Source: Balanoglossus misakiensis
Taxonomy: Eukaryota > Animalia > Hemichordata
Reading direction: 5' to 3'
Assembly: GCA_040954595.2 (NCBI GenBank)
Contig: CM082577.2
Coordinates: 12,061,654-12,125,653, forward strand
DNA length: 64,000 nucleotides
This document shows, piece by piece, positions 1-10,869 of the stretch (the first letter of the stretch is position 1; every line of letters starts with the position of its first letter). Both the position numbers and the translations under genes were made by a program. The notes under the pieces were generated by a model. The model was not told the origin of the DNA. It did no database searches and saw nothing but the letters and a program-made list of their open reading frames with translations.

Positions 1-295
1 AAAATAGCGCAGACCCGAGAATCGAAATTATATATTTTAAAAAAAGCACTGGTGATTTTTTTTTCTTTTTGACAGGGAGCAAGTTTGACGGGTACTTTCT
101 TGTTTTGGGTATCCCCAAACAGAGTAGTTGACCCCAAACTTTACATTTGAAAAGAAAAGTTCGTGATTTTCATAACAAAAGGGCAGGGAAACTGGTGACT
201 GGAGCGGCTTTCCGGGCACGTCATTGGCCAGATCGCTTCCAAATATTAATGATAGGTTAATTGTTATGCTAATAAGCAACACACACTACTATGTC

Positions 296-2557
296 TGTAC
301 GGCGAGTATCTGACAAAAATGACCAATACATGCTTGTAACCCTACCCATTTGCGGAAAGTAATCACCAACACAATACTTCGCCTGTTGCAAAACACACGA
401 ATGAAATTGATTTACAAAATCACAGAATGGCCTATATAGTTAAAAAAAATACGGTAAATTGCATTAATTGCGTAAAATTATCAATCCTCTCATCAGTCAC
501 GGTGCACCCACAATTACACATAACGCGTAGCCCCCTCAGAAAACGCCCCAAAAGACACAAAATATCGCTACAAATTGGACAGCAGGTATGAATTTTGACA
601 TGTGAGGGGTGGTATCGATGGCGATTTATTGTTTAAATTTTGCCTTTGAGTGAGTGAAAACATCTTCTGAACTCTGCATGCAGTGCACTGTCAAAAGTGG
701 CATTGTTTCCGAACTTCTCTCGTTTTATACATGTATGTCTATAGGCGCGATCGCCGAACAACAAACATCGCCGTGTACTGTATAAAACACAAACACTTAA
801 CAGTTGTGTATACCATGGACGTAAAATAGAATTGCGCTGGCAACTCGGCAGGTAACCCTGCGTACAGGTCTGTTTGTTCCCGGCGTTACACGGCCTCCAC
901 CACGACCCTGCAAGGCGCCATAGAAAAAACTGGTGCTTCTGCGGTCCGGATCCGGACCGCAGCAGGCCACTCGGTAGGCAACTCGACGCGCTACTCGAGT
1001 CGCGTCGCTACATCGAACAGTTTACACGGTGGGCGACTGACTGGCAACTAGTTGGGCGTAAACAGCGGCTGCGCATGTGCAGCCGCCTCAAAAGCCGATC
1101 TTCAAATTGATCTTTATCCGATCAATGCATAAATATTGGTGGTTATTCTGGGGACAGCATGCATATATTATACTTATCAATTAGCTGATAAACCTGGTCA
1201 TCTGACCAGGTATTTTTTCTTGAAAAAAAAATTTCGACTGCATACAATACGTATACTGCCTCTACTATGTATTAATATTGACATAAGAAACTAACTAATA
1301 TTGCACTTCAACAGTATCCTCATCAATAAAAACGTATTTTTTCTCAGTTAGCAGGTGATATGCAAGTCCATATCAGTAAAGAAAAAATACTAGCTTGGGT
1401 GCTTAATTTAAATGATGTATACAGAATTGTTAATCGACTACTAAATTGGACAAAATTTAAACGTTACTAAATATTGTTTTAATAAAAAAAGGAGTTACTT
1501 AAGTTTAATTACAAAAACATTGACCTATTTTATTTAAAATGTACTTGAAACCAGGTATATATATTTTTTTTATAAAAGATCAGCCGACGAGTTTAAATCA
1601 TTGCAAGACAGGGGAGTAGATTATGGGGAAATCGAAGCTGCACATCATATACAAATGTGTGAAAAATGAGGAGCGAAAAGTCGTGCCAATCTGTAAAAAC
1701 GTTATCGATAATAAACAAAATCCACGTTTCGAAATACATTGAAAGTAATAACAAAGCAAGTGGAACTTTTCAATGTAGAATAACGAAGTATATTTTTTAA
1801 AGAAAAAATATATTGATTGAAAGATTTGTTTGTATGTAAAATTATACAAATAGAACTATATATTTATAAGTTGATATGACCGGGCGAAATAGACACGTGT
1901 TTTGCCCAAAAAGATATATGATGTACACTGGTTGTGTAAGAACTTTTGAACTGTGGGCGATAATCATAAGCTGGCGTTTTCTTATTCTGAAATTTGGTTA
2001 CGATATATCTGGTTACGGTACCCCAAAAATCGGAAACGCAATCAATGTCGAATCAATAATCATAACCGTTTTCGCGGATCTGAATAGTAGTTTATTTTCA
2101 TATCATCACTGGCAAGATAATTAGTTGAAAGTTCATATCCATTGGAAATATTTAAACACTAAATACATACAAATATCCGATTTCATAGCAAATACTTATT
2201 CCCCAATATTTTCAGAAGTCTACAGTACAGTCTGTAGTTCGTGGTTCGTAAAATAACAAATAAAAACCATTTTCGCATGTGCAGATGTCAAAAATTTATT
2301 CGAGGCAAAGTGGTAACGCGGGGCAACCGCTTGCGCGTCAGGCAACTCGTCGCCCGAAAATCCGACATGACGGATTTCGAGGCGACGTCGCCAAACACGT
2401 TCCAGCGAAGCGACTACATCATACACACGAGGCAACACTCCGAGCAACTCGGGTTGCGCGTCGAGTTGCCTACCGAGTTGCCTGCCGAGTTGCCTGCCGA
2501 GTTGCCTCGTGTAACTCGGACTCAGATACTCGCGTTTTGTCAGATACTCGCCGTACA
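296..2557. mobile_element. Non-autonomous TIR element with TG..CA ends and 6-bp TSD
   Basis: Perfect 23-bp TIR TGTACGGCGAGTATCTGACAAAA (296-318 / 2535-2557), flanked by TATGTC and TACGTC. GGCAACTCG subterminal repeats occur in both arms. Confidence 0.8.
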
Positions 2558-3233
2558 TACGTCCTTGAATGTCAAAGGTCATTAACGGCGCCCTCTGGAG
2601 CTGGAGACAAGAGACAGTTGTGGTTTCAGCTAACTGGCTAGATTCTGTTGGATACAATGACTGCCTTACTCGCCGCTAGTGCGTAAGTATGTCACATATG
2701 TTTGGAGTATGACGTTGTGTAAATTCCCCCTTTGCTAAGCTCATTTCAGTAGCTCGAGATTTTGCCATGGTTAGGGAGCATTCGTTTTTTACAGGGAGGG
2801 GGGGGGGTGGAAATCAAGGGGGGGGGGGGTTTACTTTTACAAAGCAGTTTTTAGGGGGGGACAAATTTTATAATCAATGGTTTGGGGGGGGAGGACAATT
2901 TGTATGGAATTATAGCAAAAAACAACAGAAATGACCGTAAAGTGTATAAAATAGAATACGAACATGTCTTTATTCTGTGTGATCAGGTGACAACAAGTAC
3001 ACTTTTGATCACAAAAATAACATTTTCAGGCTGTATCATGGCAATATTATGACATACATCACTTTTAAAAGTTTCTGACCTAGGCTGCATTCACAAACAC
3101 CTCTGGAGGAGGGGGGGAGGAGAATTGAGGGGGGATTTGAAAAAAATTGAGGGTATGTAAGGGGGGGGGTTTGAAATACTAGTAATTTAGGGACTGAAAC
3201 GGGGGGACTTGAAAACTTTGACGGCTAAATATT

Positions 3234-5668
3234 CTTTTTGAGTCCACTTCTCCTACACATCGTGCTGGCCATACTATTGACCATATCATTACTCGTGCTG
3301 ATGACAGTACCATCGCTGATGTCCGAGTTGAACCGATCCATGCGATCTCTGATCATTTCCCAGTGTTATTCTCAATACGCAATTACTCTTACGTTAGAAA
3401 CACGCGTAAATCTGTTACATCAAGGGATATGAAATCCTTTTCCGCTAATGGTTTCGCTGCTGAATTATCTGCATCCATCCGCCTTCAACCCGATGCTGAC
3501 GTATCTACTAATTGGGATTTGCTTAAAAACACTGTTAGCGATATATTTGATCGCCATGCACCAACCCGTGTGAGACTAGTGCCAAATAGGCGACCAGTGC
3601 CATGGATTAATCAGTCAATCATCGATGCCCGGTTGAAAAGAATGAAGGCAGAAAAAATGTGGAGAAAATCTAGGTTGGAAGTACATCGCCAGATTTACAG
3701 GGCCTGTCGGACCGACGTCGTTCGCCTTGTGGATGCTGCTAAAAAGAACCATTATGTCGGCCTTGTTGACGAGTGCTCAGGTAACCAAAAACAATTATTC
3801 AAGGTCGTAAAGGGACTGCTTGGTCACAATAACACATCCACTGTACTACCAAAACATGATGATTCTCTGGAATTAGCAAATCGTTTTGCAAAATTCTTCA
3901 TTAATCGCGTAAAATCACTAACTATAAATATGGGCAATTCCATTCGACATCATTCACAACCACAAACTGAATTGAAATCCGATTGTCGCCTTAATGCCTT
4001 TGAGCCTACAACAGCTGATGAAATTGACAAGGTTATTCGTGCATCGCCTTCATCTACTTGTCGCCTTGATCCGATTCCTACCAAGATCTTCAAACATTCT
4101 GACATTTTACAAGTTTTGTTACCACATATCACAGAAATCTTCAATAACTCTCTGCAGTATGGTGCTGTACCTCCTCATTTCAAGGAAGCCATCGTTAAAC
4201 CTCTACTTAAAAAGCCATCTCTTGATCATGAAGTTCTCAAAAATTTCCGTCCTGTATCCAACCTGCCGTTTTTGTCGAAGATCCTGGAACGTATTGTTGC
4301 CAAGAGACTGACTTCTCACATTGTCAACCATTCATTGGACGAGCCTTTGCAATCTGCTTACAAGCCAGGACACAGTACTGAGACTGCTCTCCTCAAAGTA
4401 ACAAATGACATTTTGCTTGCTCTTGATGAAAAAAGAGATGTTTTCTTGGTATTACTCGATCTTTCCGCAGCATTTGACACTGTGAACCATACCATTTTAC
4501 TCAATCGCTTAAGAGACCGCTTCGGTCTCTCAGATACTGTTCTCATGTGGTTTAAGTCATACCTTTCCAATCGTAGTCAGTGTGTACTTGTAAATTCCAC
4601 CCAATCACCTTTTTATCCGCTCGACACTGGGGTACCACAGGGATCAGTTCTTGGTCCCATACTTTTCAATATGTACACGTCTCCATTAGGTGAATTAGTT
4701 CAAAGTCATGGTTGTCTTTATAGTTTTTATGCAGATGACTCTTCACTTTATATGTCTTTTAGTAAAGACAACGCAGCAAGAACTGTTTCAAATCTTGAAC
4801 TTTGTATTTCTGATGTTAGGTTTTGGATGTCTGAAAACTTCTTGTGCTTAAACGATGATAAGACTGAATTTGTTATTTTCTCTGGTATTTTGGGTGATCT
4901 GTCTGCTAGAGGGATTTCAGAAATTCGTGTTGGCGATTCTCTGATTCCCGTCCATTGTCAGGCTAAGAGCCTTGGAGTGATCCTTGACTCTTGTCTGACA
5001 ATGAAGCCACATATTGGACAGATCTGCCGCTCTGCCACTTTTCATTTACGTCGCATTGCGCTTATCCGCAAATATTTATCTCATTCAGCTACAGAGCAAT
5101 TAGTTCATGCATTCATTACGTCTCGAATTGATTCATGTAATTCACTTTTATTGGGGCTCCCGAAGTATTCAATCAACCGTATCCAACGCGTTCAGAATAT
5201 TGCTGCTAGAATTGTAACTCGTTCTAAAATCACCTGTCACATCACTCCAATTTTGTATCAGTTGCACTGGCTACCTGTTACAGAGCGTATTGTTTTTAAG
5301 ATGTTAGTTCTCATTTTTAAATCCATTCATAAACTTGGTCCAATCTATCTTTCTAGCATGACTAATCTATATGTTCCATGTCGCAATTTAAGGTCAGCTG
5401 ATCAGTTCAAACTCTGCCCTGTTCGATCACGCACCAAGAGTTATGGTGATCGCGCTTTTACTGTTGCTGCTCCAATTCTTTGGAATAATCTTCCACTCAC
5501 CATTCGCCAGGCACCAGACTTATCTGTTTTTAAATCAAATGTTAAAACTTTACTTTTTAAATCTGTTTTTTAGCCATTTGTTGTATTGTACTTTTGCTTT
5601 AAGCGTCATTGATCACATTTTTTTGTGGATACTGACGCTATACAAATAAATTATTATTATTATTATTT
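3234..5668 (+). mobile_element. 5'-truncated non-LTR retrotransposon (L2/CR1 group LINE)
   Basis: Carries an RT ORF and a short 3' UTR ending AATAAA followed by a (TTA)n tail (~5645-5668). The 5' end is truncated inside the APE endonuclease domain. Confidence 0.92.
3363..5573 (+). CDS. LINE ORF2 fragment: end of APE endonuclease plus reverse transcriptase (frame open from ~3240)
   Basis: RT motifs NFRPVSNLPFLSKILER, LLDLSAAFDTV, GVPQGSVLGP and YADD are present, with the L2-type C-terminus HITPILYQLHWLPV...GDRAFTVAAPILWNNLP. The in-frame upstream sequence reads PTHRAGHTIDHII...ISDHFPV (APE C-terminal motifs). Confidence 0.92.
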   Translation: MLFSIRNYSYVRNTRKSVTSRDMKSFSANGFAAELSASIRLQPDADVSTNWDLLKNTVSDIFDRHAPTRVRLVPNRRPVPWINQSIIDARLKRMKAEKMWRKSRLEVHRQIYRACRTDVVRLVDAAKKNHYVGLVDECSGNQKQLFKVVKGLLGHNNTSTVLPKHDDSLELANRFAKFFINRVKSLTINMGNSIRHHSQPQTELKSDCRLNAFEPTTADEIDKVIRASPSSTCRLDPIPTKIFKHSDILQVLLPHITEIFNNSLQYGAVPPHFKEAIVKPLLKKPSLDHEVLKNFRPVSNLPFLSKILERIVAKRLTSHIVNHSLDEPLQSAYKPGHSTETALLKVTNDILLALDEKRDVFLVLLDLSAAFDTVNHTILLNRLRDRFGLSDTVLMWFKSYLSNRSQCVLVNSTQSPFYPLDTGVPQGSVLGPILFNMYTSPLGELVQSHGCLYSFYADDSSLYMSFSKDNAARTVSNLELCISDVRFWMSENFLCLNDDKTEFVIFSGILGDLSARGISEIRVGDSLIPVHCQAKSLGVILDSCLTMKPHIGQICRSATFHLRRIALIRKYLSHSATEQLVHAFITSRIDSCNSLLLGLPKYSINRIQRVQNIAARIVTRSKITCHITPILYQLHWLPVTERIVFKMLVLIFKSIHKLGPIYLSSMTNLYVPCRNLRSADQFKLCPVRSRTKSYGDRAFTVAAPILWNNLPLTIRQAPDLSVFKSNVKTLLFKSVF

Positions 5669-6916
5669 ACAAAAATGCAGTTTCGCGCCCTTTATTTTAC
5701 AAAATTTTCTAATGTGGGAGGGGTACACCACCTCCCACACCCACCCCCTCCATTCATCAACACCTTTCAATCATTAACTGGTTTATCTAGTGTCCCAGGT
5801 CAGGGGACTTGCCCCCACCCCATGATAACTTTGAGCGGCGACGTTAATTTGCTTTTGCTGGGTTCATTAAAATGCAGCTTTGAGCTCTGTATTTTATAAA
5901 ATTTTCTTTCGTGGGAGGGGGGACACCCCCTCCCAAACCCACCCCTTCAATTCTCGGTTTACAATGTCTCCCAACACAGAATACAAATACTTAAAAAATA
6001 AAACCAATGTTCAGTTTTACTACCCACTGATGAGGGGAAACATCGGTTTCAAATTCTTTTCATGGGAGCGCTGTTTTTCTTTTTTACAAGATATAGAGGT
6101 GATGTGTTTTGCTCTGTGAAAGAAAATGGGGGGGGGGATTTCAAAATTTTGGCAGTTCGGGAAGGGGGGATTTGAAAATATTTCGGGTTGTGTACGGGGG
6201 CATGTGAAAATTAGCGGTAAAAAAATGAATTCTCCCGTCCCCCCAGAGGTGTTTGTGAATGCAGCCCTAGACATGTACATTAACAGACATAAATTGACAA
6301 CAGAGAAAAAGATGCTGAAAAAAGACAAACTGAAAATAGTTGAAGCGCACATTGGCCGGAAACTGTGTCAAACAACTCTGGAAAGTCTCAGAGTAAACCA
6401 TGAGAGGGACAAAGAGAGGATGAGCAGGAGGATGAAGAGGATGACATGGACGAGGACAGTGAACCAGAAGATGAACATGTAGTGATAGGTGAACTAGGTG
6501 ATTCAGAGGAAAGTGACTCAGAAAGTGATAGCGGCGACATTGAAAATGAACTCTTTCACGTAACAAGATCAGGCAGACAATGCACTACTTGGAAATCAAG
6601 GAACTATGTAGACTAGGTTTCATGGTTGATTATGTGGTATGTCGAACATACACCAATATCTTACAAAGTTTGATAAGTTTAATCCGGTGGATAAACTTTT
6701 TTTTTTTTGGGGGGGGTCACATTTTACAATTGAAGAATGTAGGGGGGGACACATTTTAGAAAAGTAATTTCGAGGGGGGTTGCCTTTTAAATTTAGTCGG
6801 TGACTCAAATTCCACCGCCCCCCCCCCTCCCTGTAAAAAACGAATGCTCCCTTAACAGCCTCCCCTCGGCGAGGGTGCCCACCTCGCTCGGGCGATACGG
6901 GTCAAATGTGGTTTGT

Positions 6917-8236
6917 CTCTACTATGTATTACTATTGACATAAGAAACTAACTAATATTGCCCTTCAACAGTATCCTCATCAATAAAAACGTATTTTTCT
7001 CAGTTAGCAGGTGATATGCAAGTCTATATCAGTAAAGAAAAAATACTAGCTTGGGTGCTTAATTTAAATGATGTATACAGAATTGTTAATCGACTACTAA
7101 ATTGGACAAAATTTAAACGTTACTAAATATTGTTTTAATAAAAAAGGAGTTACTTAAGTTTAATTACAAAAACATTGACCTATTTTATTTAAAATGTACT
7201 TGAAACCAGGTATATATATCTTTTTTTTTTATAAAAGATCAGCCAGTGAGTTTAAATCATGGCAAGACAGGGGAGTAGATTATGGGGAAATCGAAGAAAG
7301 TTGCGCAATGTAACATTAAGATCACTGAATTATCAAACTGCACATAATACAAATGTGTGAAAAATGAGGAGCGAAGAGTCGTGCCAATCTGTAAAAACGT
7401 TATCGATAATAAACAAAATCCACGTTTCGAAATACAGTGAAAGTAATAACAAAGCAAGTGGGACTTTTCATTGTAGAATAACGAAGTATATTTTTTAAAG
7501 AAGAAATATATTGATTGAAATATTTGTTTGTATGTAAAATTATACAAATATAACTCTATATGTCTTTATAAGTTTATATGACCGGGCAAAATAGACACGT
7601 GTTTTGTCCAAAAAGATATATGATGTACGCTGGCAGGGTAAGAACTCGTGAACTGTGGGCGATAATCATAAGCTGGCGTTTTCTTATTCTGAAATTCGGT
7701 TACGATATCTGGTATCTGTCGAGTCAATCATATCATAACCATTTTCGCGGAGCTGAATAGTAGTTTATCATATCATCACTGGCAAGATAATTAGTTGAAA
7801 GTTTCGGAATTCTTTAACAAAACTGGAGTTTATATGGAAATGTAATAGTATAAATACACACACATCCGATTTTATAGCAAATACTTATTTCCCAAAATTT
7901 TCGGAAGTCTACAGGTCTAAAGTCTGTAGTTCGTGGTTCGTAAAATAACAAATAAACACCATTTTCGCATGTGCAGATGTCAAAATTTATTGGAGGCAAA
8001 GTGGTAACGCGGGGCAACCGCTTGCGCGTCAGGCAACTCGTCGCCCGAAAATCCGACATGACAGATTTCGAGGCGACGTCGCCAGACACGTTCCAGCGAC
8101 GCGACTACATCATACACACGAGGCAACACTCCGAGCAACTTGGGTTGCGCGTCGAGTTGCCTACCGAGTTGCCTGCCGAGATGCCTCGTGTAACTCGGAC
8201 TCAGATACTCGCGTTTTGTCAGATACTCGCCGTACA
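6917..8236 (+). mobile_element. Truncated second copy of the 296-2557 element (right half)
   Basis: Direct, highly similar copy of about 1260-2557, ending in the same TIR (...GATACTCGCCGTACA at 8236). It has several indels relative to copy 1. Confidence 0.85.
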
Positions 8237-9018
8237 TCAATCTGATTAAAATCAGATGTAGGGAACGGCGACGTGGTTTTTTATGCTGTCGCCTCACACT
8301 ACACCTGACCAACTCTCAATGGAGATCCCGCTGAACTCTACGAGATTTACTTGGAATATAAACCGATCAGAAGGCGCCTTATAGCAAATGATAGGCAACC
8401 CACAATCACATGACCTGGCCCCTTGCGGTTGTTACCATGGAGCTACCACAGACATATATCCCGGGCGCGAGAGTGGAATCAGCGTGGGGAATGGTTTCGA
8501 GCCAGTTCAGCGTGACGACTGAACCTCTATATTCCACCGGTCAACGAAATGTATAAGACGTGGCAACAAGTCGCAGTAAAATTGTTAGAGAATCGATTAC
8601 ATTTGTGTAAGGCCGTCCCAGGGAGAGATTCTGTCGCCACGATCGTTTGTATACACCAGAGTGTACCGACCGACTGCACAGTGCACTGACTTGACTAGCT
8701 CTGCGTGCAGGTCTGTGTGTTCCAGGCGTGTGAGGGAAAATCCCCGTGTCACGGTCAGGAGATAAGCTTAGAATCGGCAGGCGTACACGCCTAGAACGGA
8801 ATTTTGCACTTCGTTTCATCTGATTTTCGGGGAAGAAAAGACGAATCATTAATGGACTATGTGAAATGTGCTTTGGTTTTCAAAAATCGGCAATAATTTG
8901 AGAATATTAAAGTCCCCGCGTGTCAATAGCCGGCCCCCTACGCACTGGCTATTGACACGCGCGTGTGAATAGACACGGCCAAAAATTTATCATTCGCCAA
9001 AGCTACCCGTTTTACAGT

Positions 9019-9576
9019 TGTTACGGTAGAAAAAACCGGGAGCACACAATGGAGTTTGTAGTTCAACAACACAATGTTTAATTGAAAAATTAACTTTCTA
9101 AAATCAAAAGGTCGCACAGAAAAAAAATGTTCTATGCATGTGTCTTACCTTGCTTGGTCGAGGAGTTACCGAGTCCACAAAAGTCCTGGCCGAACTCAAG
9201 CCTCACCAAGGCACACAAGTCCATTGCTGACAAAGTCCGACATTCACCGAAGCCAGTTGCTCACCGAAGCCAGTTGCTCACAGAAGTCCGTTGCTCACAG
9301 TAGTCCGTTGCTCACACAAAGTCCGTTGCTCACAGAGTCCAGCCCAGCTAGGTAAATTCCTAATTCCCAAGGCGATGTGGAGCTGGAGTGACATGCTCCT
9401 CCGAGTCAGTGTTGAGAAGTGTGCCTCGTGGTTTTTGTGAGAAGGCCTTCTATATGGGTGACCATCTGGTTATTACTAATATTTAAATGAACTAGTTGAA
9501 AAGGCAGAGCCCTTTGTTATGCAAAGAAAAGCTACTCCTCTCTCGACTAAGCGACTAAACAGGGTGTGTCGTAACA
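9019..9576 (-). mobile_element. Solo LTR (Gypsy-like), 558 bp
   Basis: Ends are TGTTACG...CGTAACA with a 4-bp TSD CAGT on both sides (9015-9018, 9577-9580). On the minus strand there is a TATA-like TATAGAA at ~9454, internal tandem repeats and ATTAAA at ~9083. Confidence 0.8.
9246..9340. repeat. Short tandem repeat (17-19 bp, AGTCCGTTGCTCAC/AGCCAGTTGCTCAC core) inside the solo LTR
   Basis: About five imperfect GTTGCTCAC-containing units are directly visible. Confidence 0.8.
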
Positions 9577-9899
9577 CAGTATTCTTTATTGCTGTATCTT
9601 TGAAATTGAAAGTATTGAATTTCATTTTATTGTCTTTTGAAAATCCTGGAAAAGATATTTTTTTTCTGAAAATGTCCACAAAATTTCCAAATGAGAACCA
9701 GTGCTATGAGCCTATGATTAAGCAATAGCCGCAGGTGGGTATACATGAGATTTTGGTAAAATTCGAGACATGTAGCATGAGTCATTAGGCGAGTGCTATT
9801 TGGAGCGAATTACATGCCTGCACCATCTTGAGTAATTCAGCTCACATACTGACTGATCCTTAGAGTGTGAAAAGTTGAAACTGTGTTACAAACTTTTTG

Positions 9900-10094
9900 A
9901 AGCATAACATGTTATTTTGCGTCAGGAAATTTTTGCGATATCAAAAGAGGCAACTGTTTTGCGAGTATTAATTTTCGCATTCTCTTATTTTATTTACTGC
10001 ATCATTATCACTGAAAAAAACAATTCACGTTATTTTGGCTCTCGCGTATTTTGCGAAAAAATTATTGCTCGCGAAAATAACATGTTTCACAGTA
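9900..10094 (+). mobile_element. CGCGAAAA-rich MITE family; copies at ~24700-24876, ~33535-33711, 39849-40050 (inverted) and ~47070-47226
   Basis: Shared blocks CGATATCAAAAGAGGCAACTGTT, TTGGCTCTCGC and the terminal TTT(A/C)ACAGTA. Confidence 0.65.
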
Positions 10095-10775
10095 TTTGAG
10101 TACTACTCCCATTTCTGATGTATTGATTTGTGTTGTACCATGACTTTCTGCACTTTTTGCACAATTCTCTAATTACGACCCCGAACCATTATCCGCCAGT
10201 TTTCGGAATGTGGTTTATTTTGCTATTAAATTAAAATATTAATTCTCGTATACAGGAAAAGAAAACAGCGACTGACAATTTGTTGTCTTTCTTCAATAGG
10301 TGTGCCCAGAGAAAGTCTCCGAGTTTATAAACTTGCATCCACAGGGAAACGTCACATTTTTGGCAAATGCTGAATATTGTTCCTACAGACGTATCGACGA
10401 CACCAACAACTATTACTGCAAGTACTATCATCCAGAACAGAATCTGGAGTATTTAGAGCATCTCGAAGTCTAAGACTGAGACAATTTTCAGAACTCCAAG
10501 AGAGATCTCACCTGGCTAAGCAGTTTGTACGGGAGGGCATTCTCATGTGATACACAAACAAAACACGGCACAAATGTTACATTTTTTGTTAAACTCAGTA
10601 CCTATTCTAATTTCATACAAAGCTTGACTTGTAAACAGAGAAACTTTACTGGATAGGACACTCCAAATCTCAAATTAGTGCAAAAAGAGGATTAACATTT
10701 TTTTCAAGTTCAACAACTAAACTGAGCTGCCATCAATCCATGACCACACTCGCCAACTTACCCTTGCGTGTATTT

Positions 10776-10820
10776 ATGCATGTACGTACGTACGTACGTA
10801 CGTATGTATACATGCATGTA
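10776..10820. repeat. (ACGT)n self-complementary microsatellite
   Basis: ATGCATGTACGTACGTACGTACGTACGTATGTATACATGCAT. Confidence 0.8.
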
Positions 10821-10863
10821 CCAGATTAAAACAAAAGATCAAAATGGCGTCTTATAAATGCTC

Positions 10864-10869
10864 TTTATT
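10864..10869 (-). terminator. Candidate polyadenylation signal of INTS1
   Basis: AATAAA on the minus strand about 330 bp downstream of the INTS1 stop codon. Confidence 0.4.

Larger units (their letters stand above)
3083..6266. mobile_element. Non-autonomous TIR element (Harbinger-like, 3-bp TSD CTA) hosting the LINE
   Basis: 24-bp TIR GGCTGCATTCACAAACACCTCTGG (3083-3106) with its inverse at 6243-6266. CTA flanks both sides (3080-3082, 6267-6269). Confidence 0.8.
2774..6851. mobile_element. Outer non-autonomous PIF/Harbinger-like TIR element (TSD TTA)
   Basis: TIR GGGAGCATTCGTTTTTTACAGGGAGGGGGG at 2774 and its inverse ending at 6851. TTA flanks both sides. G-rich subterminal tracts lie near both ends. 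Confidence 0.8.

Noticed and set aside
2220-2657. Overlapping 110-145 aa ORFs, also at 7971-8312
   Set aside because: They arise from GC-rich 12-bp subterminal repeats of the TIR element, are open on both strands, and show no recognisable domain.
9134-9355. 73-aa plus-strand ORF with SPLLT repeats
   Set aside because: It is a translation of the LTR's internal tandem repeat on the antisense strand.
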